A DNA stretch of 64,000 bases, taken from Octopus vulgaris (taxonomy: Eukaryota). Made by a program: the position numbers and the translations under genes. Where the stretch lies: NCBI GenBank assembly GCA_951406725.2, contig OX597816.1, forward strand, positions 139,562,001 through 139,626,000. The letters are read 5' to 3'. Below are positions 57,980-64,000 of this stretch, in pieces (position 1 is the first letter of the stretch; each line of letters starts with the position of its first letter). The notes below the pieces were generated by a model. That model ran no database searches, was not told where the DNA came from, and worked only from the letters and a program-made list of their open reading frames with translations.

Positions 57980-59145
57980 ATTAGGGTGTACCTCTCTCTA
58001 TATGTGTGTGTGTGTAGAGATAGATTGATAGATAGATATACATATGCATATATAGACACATATACATACTCATATATAGGTGGGGATGCGTGCGCGCGTG
58101 TATATGTGTGTAGCGGTGTGTGTATATATACATATACAAACCCTCCACCACACACCACATATGAATAGATGTATGTATGCAGCTGCGTATATTTTGCACA
58201 TAAGTGTATTTAACATGTATGTATATATGTATGTGCGCTTATGTGTGAGTATGTGCACATTCATGCACACGTATAACTGTATGTATACACACAAATGCTT
58301 AAATCCGCATATATAAATCCATAACAATACGCCTCTTTACACACACATATACATACATTGCTTCAAACATTCACACATCTTTAAATATATGTATGAACGA
58401 TTTGCATCGCACATGCGTAAATACATGCATAAATACACACACACACACACACACACACATACACATACATACATACATACATACATACATACATACATAC
58501 ATACATACATACATACATACATACATACATACATACACGGAGACACACATGGACTTGTATAATATGTAAGAAAGCCTTGATATATGTTATATGGTGACGT
58601 CCCCGTCCAGTAGTCAATTTACATGTCAGGTTGTAGTTATCAACGCTGTACCATAAAACTGTCCTTGCTGCGATCGAGAATACAATGGTTACATAGAACG
58701 ATTTAAGAGAACGGTATAGCTTTCATTAATATTACCAGCACGTCACATGTCGTAAATTTACTGCCTTCTACACAGTCGCAAAAACGATATGTCTACTTAC
58801 ATGTATACATGCACGCAAACCATATATTATATATATATACACACACTCAGGTATGTGCGTGTGTGTGTTTGTGTGTGTGTTTCTGTGTGTGTGTGTGTGT
58901 GTGTAAGGGAAAGAGAGAGAGACAGAGACAGAGTGTGTGTGTGTGTATGTGTGTGTTTGTCAGATACACACATGTATACAGAAGTACATATCTGGATATA
59001 AAGACACACACACACATTTATATATGTATATATAGAGTGAGAGGGAGAGAGGGAGAGAGAGGGAGAGGTGCTAGAGACAGACATACATACACACGCGATC
59101 ACACTCGCACACCTATATCTACATAAGTATGTGTGTGTGTATGTA

Positions 59146-59226
<81 letters not shown>

Positions 59227-60265
59227 ATGCATGTGCATATAGAACGAATTATCTCTTAGCCAAACGAAGAAAATAATACACTGAAGTAGGCTTTCACAAA
59301 CAATACTGACCTTATACATGATGTCCAAATAACCCATTCAGTAATTCTAACTTTTGTATCATAGATCTGTCTTGGGTATTAAAGAGCTACTTGTCATACG
59401 CGCTTCAAGGTAGGCCTCAGCTAAGTAATACCCCTCATCAACGTTCGTGTAGAGTGGAAAGTAGAGAATAACAGAAAACAGCTTGTTAAGACCTCTATTC
59501 ACAAACTCCTTCCTATAAATGATATATCCCACGAAAAATATATTTTGGGTTTTCTTTTTACCTGCCACAGATCTATTGGAAATGTCCAGTGAGTATCAAG
59601 TTTGAGACCCAGATGAGCACAAGAGTGCACAGCACTCTACCAACTGCTTAGCATTTAAGCCGCTCTTCGCTTGCAAGCTATCTGACATCACCCCTTAAGC
59701 TCGTCTTATGATTTCGAACTTTAGTTCTCTGTTTATCGCTGCCATAAAGTACTAAGCACTTCAAAGAATTCTAATTACTCCTAATTGCTTCTCTCAGCAA
59801 CTGCCACCCTCTCCAGTTTTCAACGGTCATCAGCAGATCATTTGCCACAACTATCTCCTCAGTCCGGTGGCCTGGCGTGCAAAGGATACAAGATCAACAA
59901 ACCCTATTCTTACTCGACAGAGAGAAAATAAAAGACTATAAAATCAATCAGGCGACGAATTGTCTGAGTCCTTAGAGCGTCGACTATTTCCTCGATGGGT
60001 CCAAGTCCTGCCGAACTCAGCTTTACCTTTCATTTTTTCGGGCTTGTAACCAATCCAAGGCAATGGATTGAAAGAACTTTATGTCTGCGCTATTTGTTCC
60101 GGCTCTTTGCGCTCTGTCTTTTTCATCTCGACATAGCCTATTTAAATAGTAAACTTTACTCATCACCCGGTTTAAAACAACCTCAATGTACCTTGGGTGC
60201 ATTTGACGGAGTCTTCTCTATTGTAAGCATCTGGGCCAGGTTTACAGTTTCAAGATGATGCCATT

Positions 60266-60305
<40 letters not shown>

Positions 60306-60570
60306 GTCTCTCTGTCTCTCTCTCTCTCGCTTGCTCGCTCGGTCCTATAACCGGTCGTGGGTAATACCTCCTCAATCGACGAAGATGAAAAGAAATTATC
60401 ACCGGTTTGTGCTACAACCATAACATCAATTAAACACCCTGCACTACAAGCTTGTCTATTACTCAGTGTGTCCACTGTCTAATGATGCAACTCGATCCCT
60501 GGATCTTATCAATACGTATGTATACACACTGTGTGCTGCATACAAAACATGCACATACAGATATACGTAT

Positions 60571-60642
<72 letters not shown>

Positions 60643-60657
60643 TGCCATAGCCAATAT

Positions 60658-60701
<44 letters not shown>

Positions 60702-60759
60702 AAGAGAGGGAGAGAGAGACAAATGGCAAAAAATGGAGTTGACGACAATCTTTATTTAA

Positions 60760-60868
60760 AACCACTACAATTGTTTCGACGCATTATCGCTGTTGTAGTT
60801 CATAGGTGAGAAATGCTTGCAGTCAATATTTTATATCCCACGTGTATAATACGCCTCTTCAGGTGACT
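60760..60868 (-). ncRNA. type I hammerhead, canonical core, 58-nt loop II
   Basis: Minus: AGTCAC-CTGAAGA-GGCGTATTAT [58 nt] ATAATGCGTC-GAA-ACAATTGT-A-GTGGTT, then AATAAA. Confidence 0.75.
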
Positions 60869-60941
60869 GCTTAAGCAAGTTCCTCTCTATATACTCTCAT
60901 CTTTTCACTCAGTTTGATAATGTATACCTTGTGTGGTATAC

Positions 60942-61231
60942 ATCCTTTCGGGATCGATTAAATAAGTACCATTTACGCACTGGGGTTGATATAATCGACT
61001 TAATCCGTTTGTGTGTGCTTGTCCCCTCTGTGTTTAGCCCCTTGTGGGTAGTAAAGAAATAGGTATTTCGTCCGTCTTTACGTACTGAGTTCAAATCCCG
61101 GCGAGGTCGATTTCGCCTTTCATCCTTTCGGGGTCGATAAATCAATAACCACTCACAATGGTCTGAGAATCGAAACCGCGATCCTAAGACCGCGAGTCCG
61201 CTGCCCTAACCACTGGGCCATTGCGCCTACA
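60942..61231. mobile_element. partial SINE A dimer (+) abutting SINE C head (-)
   Basis: Family A to about 61145; family C head 61148-61231. Confidence 0.8.
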
Positions 61232-62246
61232 CATTTGACTGGTACTTTTTCTACTAATCCCAAAATGATGCAGAGCAAAGATGATGACGTCGGGCTTCGG
61301 ATTTACTTTAAAATATAGGAATGATCGCTACAAAGAATTTTTGTTCGACGCTCTAACAATTCTAACATTTCCAAAAAAGTTTAATCAGAAGTTATAACAG
61401 CATCGTCTTTTAGTTTATTTATATACAGGTTTTATACCTTCGGTCTTCGAATTTACCCTAGGAAATGAAATGAAACAATGCTGAGACTTTCTACAGTCTT
61501 ATATCAAGGATGTACAATAGTATATAAATATAATGGCGGAGATTGTTAAGCTGTATTTGCATTTCATTTGCTTGGGGGGAAATCAATATCCCTTTATATT
61601 TGCTCATAAATAAACTAAGGAATGATACCTCCATTGCTCTTAACTAATCTTTTTTTATTATCATTAATGTGTGTGTGTGTGTAGTGGAAGCCGCTTATTG
61701 CGATCAATTGTGGCAATGACGACTTGATATCCGTGATTTTAATAAGCGGTTTCTAATGTTTTATGTATAAGCGTGTGGAGACAGAGTGATAGACAGATAG
61801 ACAAACGGGTAGAGAGACGGATACTGAGATAGGGATGGAAGGAGGAGGAGGTAGGTGATAGGACAGGTAAGAAGATATTACGGAACGAAGGAAAAAAAGG
61901 TGAAATATAGGATGAGAACCAACAACAATAACAGTAAAAGTAAGAATGGTCGCAGAAAATATTAACGATGACGTTGACAAAAGCAACAGCAACTATAATG
62001 AAAGTAACTTGGAAATATATTAAGACCAACGATGGGAGTAGCAATGACAATAATAATAGTAACGCTATAAACAATTATACTATACCGTAGCCACAACTAC
62101 GATATAGACAACGATGAAGCTGCCTTTCTGATATAGTCATTGACAAACTATGGTTCGCGCAACTTTGTGAAAGGCAGGACAACGAAAAATTACTTCGAAT
62201 TGTTTTAGCATGCAGCCCTCCTGATGAAGAATCATGTCTCATGTAA

Positions 62247-63040
62247 GGCGGCGAGCTGGCAGAAACGTTAGCACGCCGGACGAAATGCTTAGTGGTATTT
62301 CGTCTGTCTTTACGTTCTGACTTCAAATTCCGCCGAGGTCGACTTTGCCTTTCATCTTTTCGGGTCGATAAATTAAGTACCAGTTACGCACTGGGGTCGA
62401 TGTAATCGACTTAATACCTTTGTCTGTCCTTGTTTGTCCCCTCTATGTTTAGCCCCTTATGGGTAATAAAGAAATAGGTATTTCGTCTGCCGTTACGTTC
62501 TGAGTTCAAATTCCGCCGAGGTCAACTTTGCCTTTCATCCTTTCGGACTCGATAAATTAAGTACCAATTGTGTATTGGGGTCGATGTAATAGACTTAATC
62601 ACCTGTCTGTCTTTGTTTGTCCCCTCTATGTTTAGTCTCTTGTGGGTAGTAAAGAAATAAGAAACGTTAGCACGCCGGACAAGATGCTTAGCGGTATTTC
62701 GTCTGCCGTTACATTCTGAGTTCAAATTCCGCCGAGGTCGACATTACCTTTCATCCTTTCGGAGTCGATTAAATAAGTACCAGTTACGCACTGGAGTCGA
62801 TATAATCGACTTAATCCGTTTTCTCTGTCGTTGTTTGTCCCTTCTGTGTTTAGTCCCATTTGGGTAGTAAAGAAATAGGTATTTCGTCTATCTTTACTTT
62901 CTGAGTTCAAATTACGCCAAGGTTGACTTTGTCTTTCATCCTTTCGGGGTCGATACATTAAGTACCAGTTGCGTACTGGGGTCAATCTAATCGACTGACC
63001 CTCTCCCTCAAAATTTCGGGCCTTGTGCCTTGAGCAGAAT
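62247..63040 (+). mobile_element. SINE family A tandem tetramer with one TSD
   Basis: Four units; AGAA(T/C)CATGTCTCATG at 62228-62243 and 63041-63056. Confidence 0.9.
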
Positions 63041-64000
63041 AGAACCATGTCTCATGAGGCTTGTTTCTTGAAAAAAAACGTTGTCCATGCCTACTCCATG
63101 TAGTCAACTGATAATCTAGAAATAGTAGCAAACATCAGGCAAAGACGGTTGTGACTATCTGGTTACTGCGTGCCCCACCCTAAAATGGAAGTGTGGGACC
63201 TATTTCATGGTGATGTAAGAAGAGGAAAACGGCAACTTTTTTCTATTTTATAAGGGTAATAATACCCAATCTTTCTACTGTTTTCACGGCTATACTACGT
63301 TCGAAATATTACCTTGTCTGTATAATACAATAAGCATTCGACGCTTCTAAAAGACAAAATAGAAGTTTGCTTACATATGTTGCTGTTGTTGCGTATAACA
63401 AAATGTTTATTTCCTCATTTTGCTAAAGTTTTCTGCAAGATTCCTTAAATTAATAAATAGCATTCATGAATCGATCCAGTTCACTATAGAAATGAATGAA
63501 AGAAAACTCCCTTTTCTGGGTATTCTAATAATTAAAGAAAATGTAACAGTGACTGCCGATCTCTAATGCAAAGACACAGACACATAGCAACATTTAGACT
63601 TTAGATCTGGCCACCCTTCCCCTAGAAAAAGAAACATACTATTCAATATTGCATGGTATACATACTCAATAGTCACTGAGCCCAATAGATGAGAGAAACG
63701 ACTGGTAGAACTGAATATATTCCTTAAAAAACAAATACTCACAAAAGGCTGATAACTCATGCCATAAGCAAAGCCAAAGAAATCCCGGCCTTTGCCTTAC
63801 GGAGAAACACTTACGCTGAGAGTGAAAATAAAAATACAAATATAAATATTCTATTTGTAGCGATCCGTAATGCGAGGAACCACAACATCCTACTTTCATC
63901 CAAGCGACAGCTCCCAATTCTACATCAATCATCAAGTCTCCGACAAATAATTGAAAAGTTGCAAATCATCAACAGCCGAGAACAATCGCCAACGCTCAAG

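Noticed and set aside
62247-63040. CRISPR-like or satellite array
   Set aside because: Units are about 200-bp SINE monomers without unique spacers; eukaryotic context.
62215-63085. CTGATGA just before the SINE tetramer as an interrupted hammerhead
   Set aside because: Reconstructed empty site gives no stem I and no correctly placed GAAA.

Overview
AT-rich eukaryotic DNA, intergenic or intronic, dominated by microsatellites and transposon debris. The SINE families and the extreme (TA)n/(CA)n/(CATA)n/(GATA)n density suggest an octopus genome (inference from recognition, not checked). I found no intact protein-coding gene; almost all ORFs in the track are translated microsatellites. Supported content: four tRNA-derived SINE families (labelled A-D here), truncated LINE ends (R4/Dong-like, Tx1/L1-like, RTE-like), Penelope-like protein fragments, several MITEs and a 474-bp near-perfect inverted repeat. 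The main discovery is about a dozen minimal type I hammerhead ribozyme (HHR) motifs in short, mostly unrelated elements usually embedded in (TA)n. They have palindromic stem III, and two carry compensatory swaps of the core C3-G8 pair (U3-A8 and A3-U8). One has a 58-nt loop II, and two fold-back inversions break exactly at hammerhead cores. All folds were done by eye; activity is untested.
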